Positions 1 through 8,973 of a stretch of 64,000 nt of DNA are shown piece after piece; the stretch's first letter is position 1; every line of letters starts with the position of its first letter. Position numbers and translations under genes: made by a program. This stretch comes from Pyrinomonadaceae bacterium (lineage in GTDB: Bacteria > Acidobacteriota > Blastocatellia > Pyrinomonadales > Pyrinomonadaceae): the NCBI GenBank assembly GCA_035571655.1, contig DATNCH010000290.1, positions 541 to 64,540 on the forward strand, written 5' to 3'. The notes under the pieces are model-generated. The model was not told where the DNA came from, ran no database searches, and saw only the letters and a list, made by a program, of their open reading frames with translations.

Positions 1-484
1 ACCGCATTAAGGTAATAGATGGTGGTTATCGCGAGAAGCGGGACTTAGTACTCTATGTTGTGTCTGAAGCAGTATGTCGTCCCACTCCACAGCCCACCGT
101 AGACCCACGAGATGTCGAGATTCTTAGACATAGAAGGGTAAAAGGTAGGTAGATTGTAACGATTAAATTTCTTGACATCGGACCAAAACCAGCATAGAGT
201 TCGGGCCCTCCCGACTACAAAGCATTGCCCAGCTAAATTCGATTTACTATTTCGAGCAGAGACCTTTCTCCTCTGCCCGCTCTCTCACTACCGAGGCTCG
301 CCCTTGGCTTTTCTTCGTGAGAGTGGGTCAACTCTGGCCTTTCCCCCAAAGACTCGGAGCTGCCTCTTCATTCTGGTCAAGCAGGGTTTCACACTTAATG
401 GCAAAACCATGCAGTTTGCCGGCGGGCAAAACTGCCAGTTCTGCTTGCCACCCCGTTTCTAGAGGTCCCTAGGAGGTCGAAAAA

Positions 485-1819
485 ATGAGGAAAGTTCTGC
501 CTATCTTAACGCTGATCTTGTTTGCGGTCGCGCTCATCCTACCCTTGAGTTCGCCCCAAACGGTCGAGAGTCAGACCGCCACCGAAGCACTGACGACCGA
601 CATGGACGCCAAAACCGACGACTTGTTCAACGGCTTCGGCGTCAAGGGCACACCCATCGATGAATGCGTGAACGAACCTGTAGCACCCACAGCTCGCGGC
701 AACGGGAGATTTGAAGACAACAAGTTCATTTTCTCTGAGCGCGAAACAATCGCAGATGGTCTTGGGCCAACTTATAACGACGTCGGATGCGTTGAATGTC
801 ACCAGTCTATTGACGTCGGAGCATTCGGCCAGCAGATGGAATTCAGGGCCGGCCATATCACAAATGGCGCCTTCGTCGATGCACCAGGCGGACAATTAAT
901 CCATGCTCGCGCCACAGATTCCGACATCGTCGAACACATTTCAACTGCGGAAACCGTCAAGGCATTCCGCGTTGTAACCAGCACTCTGGGCGATGGCTTC
1001 GTCGAGTGTCTTGCGAATGCGACACTCGAAAACAACGTCGCTGCTCAGCCACTCGCACAACGTGGAACTCTCACGAACGTGCCGGTTGTTGAGGCGAACA
1101 ATGCCCTTCGCCACGGACGGTTCGGCTGGAAGGCGCAACAGGCGAGCCTTCTCTCGTTCGCCGGCGATGCTTATCTCAATGAGATGGGTATCACGAATCC
1201 GTTTGACGGCTTTGGCGGCCGCAGTTCAAACGCTGCCGATGCCGGAACAAACGAAAATCCGGCCAGCACGGCTGAGGGCGTTATCAACGTCACGTTCCCG
1301 TCGCCTTTCGATCCAGTACAGGACCCGGAGGATGACGGAGACGACGTGCTTGCGTTTGCCGACTTCATGGCAGCAACACGCGCGCCGGGTCGTCAAAACC
1401 CAATACCGGCTGCGGCAGTTCGAGGCGACTCGTTGTTCACGCAAGTTGGTTGCGCGGTTTGCCACACCCGCACGCTCGTAACGGCTGCTCCGGGTACATT
1501 GATCAACGGCGGTGCGTTCGCTGTCCCGGCAGCTCTCGGCAACAAGATAATTCATCCTTTCAGCGATTTTGCACTCCACAATATCGGCACTGGGGATGGA
1601 ATCGTTCAAAACGCCGGGCAGGGTTCAGCTAATCAACTGCGAACCGCTCCACTTTGGGGTATTCGCGGACGCAACAGGCTCATGCATGAGGGCCTGAACG
1701 TCACTATTTTCGATTCGATTCAACTACACGCCGGCCAGGCAACAACAGCCAGGAATAACTTCAATGCACTGACGGCGGCGCAGCGGAACGATCTCATTGC
1801 ATTCGTGCTGTCGTTGTGA
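485..1819 (+). CDS. Secreted di-haem c-type protein, DUF1111 / putative thiol oxidoreductase (di-haem peroxidase-like) family
   Basis: 444-aa ORF with a hydrophobic N-terminal signal-like segment and aggagg shortly upstream. It has two CXXCH haem-binding motifs (GCVECH and GCAVCH) in the arrangement I associate with DUF1111 proteins. Confidence 0.7.
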   Translation: MRKVLPILTLILFAVALILPLSSPQTVESQTATEALTTDMDAKTDDLFNGFGVKGTPIDECVNEPVAPTARGNGRFEDNKFIFSERETIADGLGPTYNDVGCVECHQSIDVGAFGQQMEFRAGHITNGAFVDAPGGQLIHARATDSDIVEHISTAETVKAFRVVTSTLGDGFVECLANATLENNVAAQPLAQRGTLTNVPVVEANNALRHGRFGWKAQQASLLSFAGDAYLNEMGITNPFDGFGGRSSNAADAGTNENPASTAEGVINVTFPSPFDPVQDPEDDGDDVLAFADFMAATRAPGRQNPIPAAAVRGDSLFTQVGCAVCHTRTLVTAAPGTLINGGAFAVPAALGNKIIHPFSDFALHNIGTGDGIVQNAGQGSANQLRTAPLWGIRGRNRLMHEGLNVTIFDSIQLHAGQATTARNNFNALTAAQRNDLIAFVLSL

Positions 1820-1930
1820 TCAGCGGTTGGCAGCCGAATTGACGAGGTACTATCCCGAAGCTCGCCGGAGACACTATCTGGCGAGCTTCGGCTTCCTGTG
1901 TACACAAAAATCACCAAAGAGGATGAGAAC

Positions 1931-2992
1931 ATGAGACAGATCGCGCTTGGGTTATTAAGTCTCGCGATTATTGGTTGCAGCACGCCATCAAAACAGAGGA
2001 CGGCCGAAGCACCGCCGGTGGCGTACCAGCCTTCGCCTGAATCAACGCCGGTGCGAATGGGCGTTGCACAGGCGCCGAAATTGCCCGAGGTGCAGGATGC
2101 TGTGAAACGAGTCTTCAAAGACGCCGCAGAGGTGGATCGAAGTTACGAGCCACACTTTCTCGCGGGCGATTTCAATGGCGACACTTCGCAGGACATAGCA
2201 GTGATCATAAAACCGGTGAACCTGGACGAGATGAACCAGGAACTGCCGCCCTGGTTACTCAGAGATCCGCTAAGCAATAAACCTCCCACGCTTCGGCTCG
2301 GAATCCAAAAGGATGAAACGTTGCTCGCCGTCATTCATGGTTATGGAACAAACGACTGGCGCGATCCGCAAGCCACGCAAACTTTTGTGCTGAAGAACGT
2401 CGTCGGAAAAGACTTGCGCGTCGAGAATGCAAAAGACTTTGTGAAGGAACACAGCGGAAAAAAATTGCCGCGTCCGCAGGGCGACTTGATCGCAGAGAAC
2501 GTGAAAGGTACTGACGGTTACCTTTATTACGCAGCATCAAACTACTCCTGGTACGATCCGAAATCACCTCAAGCGGAAGCGCCCAGAGGGATGGTCCATC
2601 AGCCACGACCATTGCGGAATCACGCTCAGGCAGCGCCCGAGGTTGCTTTCATCACTGCTGAAGAACTAAAGACAAAAATGGCAAGCAACGCTCCAGTGAC
2701 CATCGTCGATGTGCGAAGTTCCGAGGGTTATGCAGCGAGCACGACAACGATCAAAGGCGCGCTCCACTACAAGGTCAGAAAACTAAAATACCGGCTCTCG
2801 TATCCCCCATTCAAAGATATGCCGCGCGATCGAGAGATCGTCACGTATTGCGCTTGTCCGAAAGATCAATCGAGTATCTCTGCGGCGCAGGTTCTCCAGG
2901 CCAGCGGCTTCACGCGCGTCCGAGTTTTACAGGGCGGGTGGAATGAGTGGCAGAAAGCGAACGGCCCCGTGCAGCCAAAAGCGAAAGGATAA
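1931..2992 (+). CDS. Lipoprotein with C-terminal rhodanese-like domain
   Basis: Internal Met gives MRQIALGLLSLAIIGC, a lipobox-like signal. The C-terminus (VTIVDVRSSEGY...IKGALH...EIVTYCACP...GGWNEW) is a typical rhodanese fold with an active-site Cys loop. Confidence 0.7.
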   Translation: MRQIALGLLSLAIIGCSTPSKQRTAEAPPVAYQPSPESTPVRMGVAQAPKLPEVQDAVKRVFKDAAEVDRSYEPHFLAGDFNGDTSQDIAVIIKPVNLDEMNQELPPWLLRDPLSNKPPTLRLGIQKDETLLAVIHGYGTNDWRDPQATQTFVLKNVVGKDLRVENAKDFVKEHSGKKLPRPQGDLIAENVKGTDGYLYYAASNYSWYDPKSPQAEAPRGMVHQPRPLRNHAQAAPEVAFITAEELKTKMASNAPVTIVDVRSSEGYAASTTTIKGALHYKVRKLKYRLSYPPFKDMPRDREIVTYCACPKDQSSISAAQVLQASGFTRVRVLQGGWNEWQKANGPVQPKAKG

Positions 2993-3004
2993 ATCCGCGC
3001 GCGC

Positions 3005-3029
3005 GTGCCCTTTTGTGCCTTTTTGTGGC
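3005..3029. repeat. Family-A palindromic element, right arm (possible degenerate left arm at 2974..2988)
   Basis: GTGCCCTTTTGTGCCTTTTTGTGGC. Confidence 0.7.
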
Positions 3030-3680
3030 TCGGCATACAATGGCTCCGGAGGACAACCGACAATACTGGAGCTCAGCAAGCTCGGATGCGTGCGTGGAGA
3101 TCGCAGGCTTTTTAGCGAACTCGACTTTGCAGTGTCTCCCGGCACGCTCGTCCAGCTCACCGGTCCGAACGGCAGCGGCAAAACCAGCTTGCTTCGGATC
3201 TTGTGTGGGCTACTCGCTCCGGCTGAAGGTGAAGTTAAGTGGCAAGGTGCGAACATTCGCTCGCTGGGTGAGGAATATTTCACTTCAGTCACATACCTTG
3301 GTCACCGTCATGGAGTGAAGGACGAACTCAGTGCGGTTGAAAATCTCAGAATTTCGAATGCCTTGAATGGCATTGAAGTCAGCAAACAACGGGCTCGCGC
3401 GGTCCTCGAACAGATGGGACTTGCCGGTCGTGAACTGCTTCCGGCACGACTCTTGTCAGAAGGTCAACGTAGAAGAGTTGCGCTTGCGCGCCTGCTTGTT
3501 TGCGACACCGCGCTCTGGCTGCTTGATGAGGTGATGACCTCGTTAGACAAAGGCGCCGTAGCACTGGTTAGATCTTTGATTGAGAACCACTTGGCCAATG
3601 GCGGCATCGCCTTTGTCGCGACACATCAGGAGCTGGGGTTGCCAGACACCCTGACCAGGCGACTCGAACTCACCACGTGA
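3015..3680 (+). CDS. ccmA: Haem exporter ATP-binding protein CcmA
   Basis: Walker A GPNGSGKT, ABC signature LSEGQRRRVALAR and Walker B LWLLDE. The stop overlaps the ccmB start (GTGA). The start is uncertain: I chose the in-frame GTG at 3015. The ATG at 2943 lies inside the rhodanese gene and reads through a repeat arm. Confidence 0.8.
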   Translation: MPFCGSAYNGSGGQPTILELSKLGCVRGDRRLFSELDFAVSPGTLVQLTGPNGSGKTSLLRILCGLLAPAEGEVKWQGANIRSLGEEYFTSVTYLGHRHGVKDELSAVENLRISNALNGIEVSKQRARAVLEQMGLAGRELLPARLLSEGQRRRVALARLLVCDTALWLLDEVMTSLDKGAVALVRSLIENHLANGGIAFVATHQELGLPDTLTRRLELTT

Positions 3681-4360
3681 ACGCACCCTCGAGCTTATCG
3701 ATGTTGCGCTGGATCGTTTGGCGCGATCTGATGCTGGCTTGGCGTCGCCGCGCCGACATGCTGTCGACAGTTTTCTTCTTCGTGATCGTGGTCAGTCTAT
3801 TTCCGTTCGGCATCGGACCAGAAACAGAGTTGCTGCGGAAGATCGCGCCGGGCGTTGTTTGGGTCGCTGCGCTGCTGGCCTCGATGCTCTCGCTGAGCCG
3901 GATGTTTGCCAACGACTATCAGGACGGCACGTTGGAACAGTTGTTACTGACGCCACAGCCGCTCTACCTGGTCGTACTGGGAAAGACTTTGGCGCACTGG
4001 ATCGTTGCGGAGGTGCCGCTGGTTTTGATTGCGCCCCTGGTGGGAGCGCAATTCGATCTCAGCAACGAAACGCTCGCGCTTCTTTTTGTGAGTCTGTTGG
4101 TGGGCACGCCGGTGTTGAGTTTGATCGGGTCAGTCGGAGCGGCTTTGACGCTGGGGTTGCGTGGTGGCGGCGTTTTGATCTCGATACTCGTGTTGCCGCT
4201 TTACATTCCCGCGCTGATCTTCGGCGCGGGCGCAGTCGAAGCCAGCATCATGGGATTAAGCCCGGCACCGCATCTCTATTTGCTCGGAGCTTTTGCAATC
4301 GTGTCGGCGATTTTTTCTCCCTGGGCCGCCGCCGCTGGATTGAGAATTTCGTTGGAATAA
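3677..4360 (+). CDS. ccmB: Haem exporter membrane protein CcmB
   Basis: 227-aa polytopic membrane protein between ccmA and ccmC. Its start is coupled to the ccmA stop. Confidence 0.8.
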   Translation: MNAPSSLSMLRWIVWRDLMLAWRRRADMLSTVFFFVIVVSLFPFGIGPETELLRKIAPGVVWVAALLASMLSLSRMFANDYQDGTLEQLLLTPQPLYLVVLGKTLAHWIVAEVPLVLIAPLVGAQFDLSNETLALLFVSLLVGTPVLSLIGSVGAALTLGLRGGGVLISILVLPLYIPALIFGAGAVEASIMGLSPAPHLYLLGAFAIVSAIFSPWAAAAGLRISLE

Positions 4361-4394
4361 AAGAAATAGGTCCGATAGGTCCTGTTCAAAAGTC

Positions 4395-5120
4395 ATGAAT
4401 CTCTACAAATACGCTTCGCCCGCAACCTTCTACCCGCTCGCCGGCAAGATGATCCCGTTCTTCGCGATAACGTCGGCCATCTTGTTTGCTGCCGGTCTTT
4501 ACTGGGGATTCTTCATCGCGCCGACTGATTTCCAACAAAAAGACGCATACCGGATCATCTTCATTCACGTTCCCGCAGCATGGATGGCAATGCTCCTCTA
4601 TGTGCTGATGGCGGCTTACGCAGGCATCGGTTGGGCCTTTAACGCGCGTCTTTCTTCGATGATGGCGTCGGCGATTGCGCCTACGGGAACATTGTTCACG
4701 CTGATCTCACTCGTCACCGGCGCATTGTGGGGTAAACCAACCTGGGGTACGTATTGGGTGTGGGACGCGCGCATGACGTCCACATTGATCCTCTTCTTCC
4801 TTTTTATAGGGTTCATTTCTCTGCAATCCGCCATCGACGATCCACGACGTGCAGACCGCGCCGGCGCCGTACTCGCGCTTGTCGGCGTGATCAATGTTCC
4901 CATCATCTATTTCTCAGTGCAGTGGTGGAACACGCTCCACCAGGGTGCGACGATTCGGATGCTCGGCAAGCCGACAATCGCAGCGCCGATGCTGACGGCG
5001 CTGCTGATCATGCTCGCCGCGTGTTGGCTCTACTCGGTGGCGGTTGTGCTGATCCGCTTGCGATGCATTATTTTAGAAAGAGAGCAGAATGCTTCTCGAT
5101 TCGCGGAGGTTGGGGTTTAA
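4395..5120 (+). CDS. ccmC: Haem exporter / haem lyase component CcmC
   Basis: Polytopic membrane protein with the Trp-rich WWD motif (WGTYWVWDARMT). Position in the ccm cluster supports the call. Confidence 0.9.
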   Translation: MNLYKYASPATFYPLAGKMIPFFAITSAILFAAGLYWGFFIAPTDFQQKDAYRIIFIHVPAAWMAMLLYVLMAAYAGIGWAFNARLSSMMASAIAPTGTLFTLISLVTGALWGKPTWGTYWVWDARMTSTLILFFLFIGFISLQSAIDDPRRADRAGAVLALVGVINVPIIYFSVQWWNTLHQGATIRMLGKPTIAAPMLTALLIMLAACWLYSVAVVLIRLRCIILEREQNASRFAEVGV

Positions 5121-5121
5121 C

Positions 5122-5313
5122 ATGAACTGGCCAGATCTATCGATGAGCGGCTACGGCTTCTACGTTTGGGGCTCATACATTTTTTCACTCGTCCTGATTG
5201 TTTGGGAAGTGGTGAGTTTAAAACAGCGCAAGAAAGCGCTCACGCAACAGCAATCATCCAATACTGTTCCTGCGTCTGTTTTGAGAGGTAGTGCTAATGA
5301 AACGACGTCATAA
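5122..5313 (+). CDS. ccmD: Small haem exporter protein CcmD
   Basis: MNWPDLSMSGYGFYVWGSYIFSLVLIVWEV, a single-TM small protein between ccmC and ccmE. Start chosen at the internal Met. Confidence 0.6.
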   Translation: MNWPDLSMSGYGFYVWGSYIFSLVLIVWEVVSLKQRKKALTQQQSSNTVPASVLRGSANETTS

Positions 5314-5755
5314 ACGTGTGGCATTCATTGTAGTGGGACTGGCAGGATTAGCAGTCGCCGCTTATTTGGTTGCTAGCGCGTTTCGCAATAACCTGGTCTT
5401 CTTTTTCAGTCCGACTCAGGTGGCGGCAAAGGAAGCGCCGGTCAATCGAACCTTTCGTATCGGTGGGTTGGTGCAGGAGGGCACACTGCAACGCGACAAC
5501 GACGGTTTGACAGTCCGATTTACCGTTACCGACACGGCTGCAAATATTCCGGTGGTGTACAAGGGGATACTTCCGGATCTGTTTAAAGAAGGTCGTGGCT
5601 GTGTCGCGCAGGGAAAGCTCGCGTCTGACGGCGTGTTTCACGCAGACCAGGTGCTGGCGAAGCACGATGAGAACTACATGCCTCCGCAAGCCGGCGACGC
5701 GATCGACAAAGCGAAGCATGCACAGGAAGCCGCGCAAACAGTGGTAGATAATTAG
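5291..5755 (+). CDS. ccmE: Haem chaperone CcmE
   Basis: N-terminal TM anchor, an OB-fold-like body and the haem-binding motif LAKHDENYMPP. Confidence 0.9.
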   Translation: MLMKRRHKRVAFIVVGLAGLAVAAYLVASAFRNNLVFFFSPTQVAAKEAPVNRTFRIGGLVQEGTLQRDNDGLTVRFTVTDTAANIPVVYKGILPDLFKEGRGCVAQGKLASDGVFHADQVLAKHDENYMPPQAGDAIDKAKHAQEAAQTVVDN

Positions 5756-5756
5756 G

Positions 5757-5823
5757 GCCACAAAAAGCACATAAAGCATACAAAATGGTTTTTACTTTTG
5801 TTCCTTTTGTGCTTCTTTGTGGC
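5757..5823. repeat. Family-A palindromic element (complete)
   Basis: GCCACAAAAAGCACATAAAGCA...TTGTTCCTTTTGTGCTTCTTTGTGGC, between ccmE and ccmF. Confidence 0.85.
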
Positions 5824-5837
5824 AGGTTATTAGATCA

Positions 5838-7856
5838 ATGATTCCAGAAATTGGGCAATTCTCATTAACGATCGCGCTGCTCCTGGCTCTGACTCAGGCG
5901 ACTCTGCCGCTCATCGGCGCGTCGCGTGGCAATCGCGTCTGGATGGCGCTCGCCGTCCCTACCGGCCAGGCGCAGTTCATCTTTGTTACGATCGCGTTTG
6001 GCTGTCTCGCCTACTCGTTCATCACGAATGACTTTTCAGTTCTGAACGTCGCGATCAATTCCAATTCACAACTGCCGTTGCATTACCGGCTCGCCGCAAC
6101 CTGGGGTTCTCACGAAGGCTCTTTGCTTTTGTGGACGTTGATGCTCGCACTGTGGACGGCCGCCGTGTCGCTCTTCAGCCGTCACTTGCCGGAAGAGATG
6201 GTCGCGCGCGTGCTCAGCGTGATGGGAATCGTGAGCGTGGGCTTCCTGTCGTTCATGCTGCTCACCTCCAATCCTTTCACGCGCCAGTTCCCTGTTCCGG
6301 CGGATGGCCGCGACCTCAATCCACTGCTCCAGGATCCGGGAATGGTCGCACATCCGCCAATGCTCTACATGGGCTACGTCGGTTTCTCAGTCGCGTTTGC
6401 TTTTGCGATTGCGGCGCTCATCGGCGGACGGCTTGATGCAACGTGGGCGCGTTGGTCCAGACCCTGGACCACCATCGCATGGATGTTTTTGACGTGCGGC
6501 ATCGCGCTTGGAAGTTTCTGGGCATACTACGAACTCGGATGGGGCGGCTGGTGGTTCTGGGATCCGGTCGAAAACGCATCCTTCATGCCCTGGCTCGTCG
6601 GCACCGCCTTGATACATTCGCTCGCCGTCACCGAAAAGCGTGGCGGCTTCAAAAGCTGGACAGTGTTGCTCGCGATCGCCGCTTTTTCGTTGAGCCTGCT
6701 CGGAACGTTTCTCGTTCGCTCGGGTGTGCTGACGTCCGTTCACGCGTTCGCGTCAGATCCGAAGCGAGGCATTTTTATTCTTGCGTTTCTGGTGCTCGTT
6801 ATCGGCGGCTCGTTGCTGCTCTACGCCTGGCGCGCGAAACAAGTCGGGCTGGGCGGCAAGTTTGAAGTCGTGTCGCGCGAATCGCTGCTGCTCTCGAACA
6901 ACGTTTTGTTGACCGTCGCCGCCGGGTCCGTTCTTCTCGGAACACTCTACCCACTGATCGTCGATGCATTGGGTATGGGCAAACTGTCCGTTGGTCCACC
7001 TTACTTCAACCTCGTATTCGTGCCGCTGATGGCGCCGGCCATGTTCCTGATGGGCATTGGACCACTCGCGCGCTGGAAGAAAGCGAGTCTTCCGGATCTC
7101 GTGACGAGATTGCGCTGGGCGTTTGTGATCAGCGTCGTGAGCGCGCTGGCGCTTCCGTTCGTCTTCGGCCAGTTTAAGGCGCTCGTGAGTTTGGGTTTGA
7201 TGTTGGCCATCTGGATCGTCACGACTGTTTTGGTGAACCTTTGGGAACGAGTTCGCGTGACTTCGGGACAACTCTCGACATTCCAGAAACTGCGGATGCA
7301 GAGCCGCAGCTACTACGGGATGCAGGTAGCACACGTCGGCGTCGCGGTGTTCATACTCGGCATAACGATCGTGACCGGGTATCAATTGGAGCAGGACGTG
7401 CGAATGAAACCCGGCGACACGGTTAACGCCGGCGGCTACGAATTCAAGTTCAACGGTACGACCGAGATCAATGGTCCAAACTACGTGGCGGCGCGCGCGG
7501 AAGTCGTCGTCAGTCGCAACGGGGCCGAGATCGAGCGGATGTATCCCGAGAAGCGTAACTACAACGCCAGCGGCAATGTGATGACCGAGACAGCGATCGA
7601 CACTGGAATCTTTCGCCACCTGTACATCTCGCTCGGCGAGCGTGTGAGCGGAGGTGCGTGGAGTGTGCGCGTGTATTACAAGCCACTCGTCGGATGGATC
7701 TGGGGTGGCGCACTGCTGATGGCGATTGGCGGCGGTCTCGCGGTTTCCGATCGACGATACGCTCTGGCAGCGCGGAAAGAACGTGAGGCACGCGAGACGG
7801 TTAAAACGGTCGAAGTACCGACGACCGTTGTGGCTTCGGTGCAACAGGAATCTTAA
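5838..7856 (+). CDS. ccmF: Cytochrome c haem lyase subunit CcmF
   Basis: Large polytopic protein with the WWD motif WGGWWFWDPVENAS. Start moved to ATG 5838 (MIPEIGQ...) because 5817 lies inside a palindromic repeat. Confidence 0.9.
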   Translation: MIPEIGQFSLTIALLLALTQATLPLIGASRGNRVWMALAVPTGQAQFIFVTIAFGCLAYSFITNDFSVLNVAINSNSQLPLHYRLAATWGSHEGSLLLWTLMLALWTAAVSLFSRHLPEEMVARVLSVMGIVSVGFLSFMLLTSNPFTRQFPVPADGRDLNPLLQDPGMVAHPPMLYMGYVGFSVAFAFAIAALIGGRLDATWARWSRPWTTIAWMFLTCGIALGSFWAYYELGWGGWWFWDPVENASFMPWLVGTALIHSLAVTEKRGGFKSWTVLLAIAAFSLSLLGTFLVRSGVLTSVHAFASDPKRGIFILAFLVLVIGGSLLLYAWRAKQVGLGGKFEVVSRESLLLSNNVLLTVAAGSVLLGTLYPLIVDALGMGKLSVGPPYFNLVFVPLMAPAMFLMGIGPLARWKKASLPDLVTRLRWAFVISVVSALALPFVFGQFKALVSLGLMLAIWIVTTVLVNLWERVRVTSGQLSTFQKLRMQSRSYYGMQVAHVGVAVFILGITIVTGYQLEQDVRMKPGDTVNAGGYEFKFNGTTEINGPNYVAARAEVVVSRNGAEIERMYPEKRNYNASGNVMTETAIDTGIFRHLYISLGERVSGGAWSVRVYYKPLVGWIWGGALLMAIGGGLAVSDRRYALAARKEREARETVKTVEVPTTVVASVQQES

Positions 7857-7862
7857 AGATCT

Positions 7863-7943
7863 TCTCTGCGGTCCTCTGCGTATCTCTGCGCTCTCTGCGT
7901 TAAAATCGAATCTAAACGCAGAGAGCGCAGAGGACCGCAGAGA
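7863..7943. repeat. Family-B palindromic element (CTCTGCG units)
   Basis: TCTCTGCGGTCCTCTGCGTATCTCTGCGCTCTCTGCG...CGCAGAGAGCGCAGAGGACCGCAGAGA, between ccmF and ccmG. Confidence 0.9.
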
Positions 7944-7954
7944 AAAGGCAATTT

Positions 7955-8482
7955 ATGTTGAAGTACTTAATTCCACTCGCTCTATTCCTCGTACTCGTTG
8001 TCTTTCTGGCAATCGGGCTGACGCGTAATCCCAACGAACTTCCGTCTGCACTGATCGACAAACCCGCGCCAACATTCCGTCTGCCGCAGTTAAAGCAACC
8101 AGACAAGACGTTCTCTGCCGAAGACATGCGCGGGAAGGTTTGGATGCTGAACGTTTGGGCGTCCTGGTGCGTCGCGTGCCGCGACGAACACCCCTTTATG
8201 TTCGAATACCAGAAGTCAGGCGCCGTTCCGATTTATGGGCTGAACTACAAAGACCGACCCGAGGACGCGCTCGGATGGCTCAGCGAGTTAGGCGATCCTT
8301 ACCTGCTGAGCGCTGTCGATCTCGACGGGCGGGTCGCGATCGACTACGGAGTCTACGGAGCGCCCGAGACTTACATCATCGACAAAAAGGGCACGATTCG
8401 ACTCAAACATGTCGGCCCCGTGATGCCCGACGTTTGGGAGAAAAAGATTCTGCCCATGGTCCAGGAATTAAACCGCCAGTGA
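7955..8482 (+). CDS. ccmG: Periplasmic thiol:disulfide oxidoreductase CcmG/DsbE
   Basis: N-terminal anchor and a thioredoxin fold with WCVAC. Confidence 0.85.
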   Translation: MLKYLIPLALFLVLVVFLAIGLTRNPNELPSALIDKPAPTFRLPQLKQPDKTFSAEDMRGKVWMLNVWASWCVACRDEHPFMFEYQKSGAVPIYGLNYKDRPEDALGWLSELGDPYLLSAVDLDGRVAIDYGVYGAPETYIIDKKGTIRLKHVGPVMPDVWEKKILPMVQELNRQ

Positions 8483-8490
8483 ACAACCAG

Positions 8491-8973
8491 ATGACTCGCT
8501 CGCGTTTGCTCGCACTTTTGTTGCTCTGCCTGCTCGCCTCCTTTGCGAGGGCGCAAGTCCAGACTGAAGAACAGCCAAGCGACGACCCCGTGATCGAGCA
8601 GCGTCTCGCAAAACTCTCGCACGAGCTTCGTTGTCTTCAGTGTCAAAATCAAACTCTCGCTGATTCGCCGTCCGATCTCGCCGCAGACTTGCGTCGCGAG
8701 ATACGCGCGCAGATGAAAGCCGGCAAGAGCGACCAGGAGATCATTGCATTTCTCACGCAGCGGTACGGGCAATTCATTCTGTATCGTCCACGCGTGACGC
8801 CGCTGACGTATCTCTTGTGGTTTGGGCCATTCGTATTATTGCTCGGCGGCCTGCTTATTCTCTTCCGCTACATCAAACAGCGACGCGATCAGATTACGGA
8901 ACAGCCGTTGACCGCCGAAGACCGGCGCCGCGCTGAAGAGATGCTTGCGTCTTCGCGAAAGGAGACGGCGTGA
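8491..8973 (+). CDS. ccmH: Cytochrome c maturation protein CcmH
   Basis: Signal peptide MTRSRLLALLLLCLLASFARAQ, the LRCLQCQNQ CXXC motif and a C-terminal TM. The ORF-track start at 8140 overlaps ccmG and was rejected. Confidence 0.85.
   Translation: MTRSRLLALLLLCLLASFARAQVQTEEQPSDDPVIEQRLAKLSHELRCLQCQNQTLADSPSDLAADLRREIRAQMKAGKSDQEIIAFLTQRYGQFILYRPRVTPLTYLLWFGPFVLLLGGLLILFRYIKQRRDQITEQPLTAEDRRRAEEMLASSRKETA

Noticed and set aside
172-462. 96-aa ORF upstream of the DUF1111 gene, and a 28-aa minus-strand ORF at about 47..133.
   Set aside because: TTG start, Cys/Phe/Leu-rich odd composition, no RBS and no motif. I could not identify a structured RNA here either, so the 484-nt leader remains unexplained.
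2943-3014. ATG 2943 as the ccmA start. Related rejected ORF-track starts: 8140 (ccmH), 22088 (receptor), 25566 (GH3), 27868, 38003, 48583, 49703, 51610 and 5817.
   Set aside because: These starts overlap the preceding gene or a repeat and add non-conserved, Arg-rich extensions ahead of obvious signal peptides or conserved N-termini. Downstream starts were chosen instead.
6753-7844. 363-aa ORF antisense to ccmF, with similar antisense ORFs at 539..895, 1226..1609 and 3718..4398.
   Set aside because: It lies entirely inside a gene with strong family motifs on the other strand. It is Arg/His/Gln-rich with no motifs, as expected for antisense frames in GC-rich DNA.
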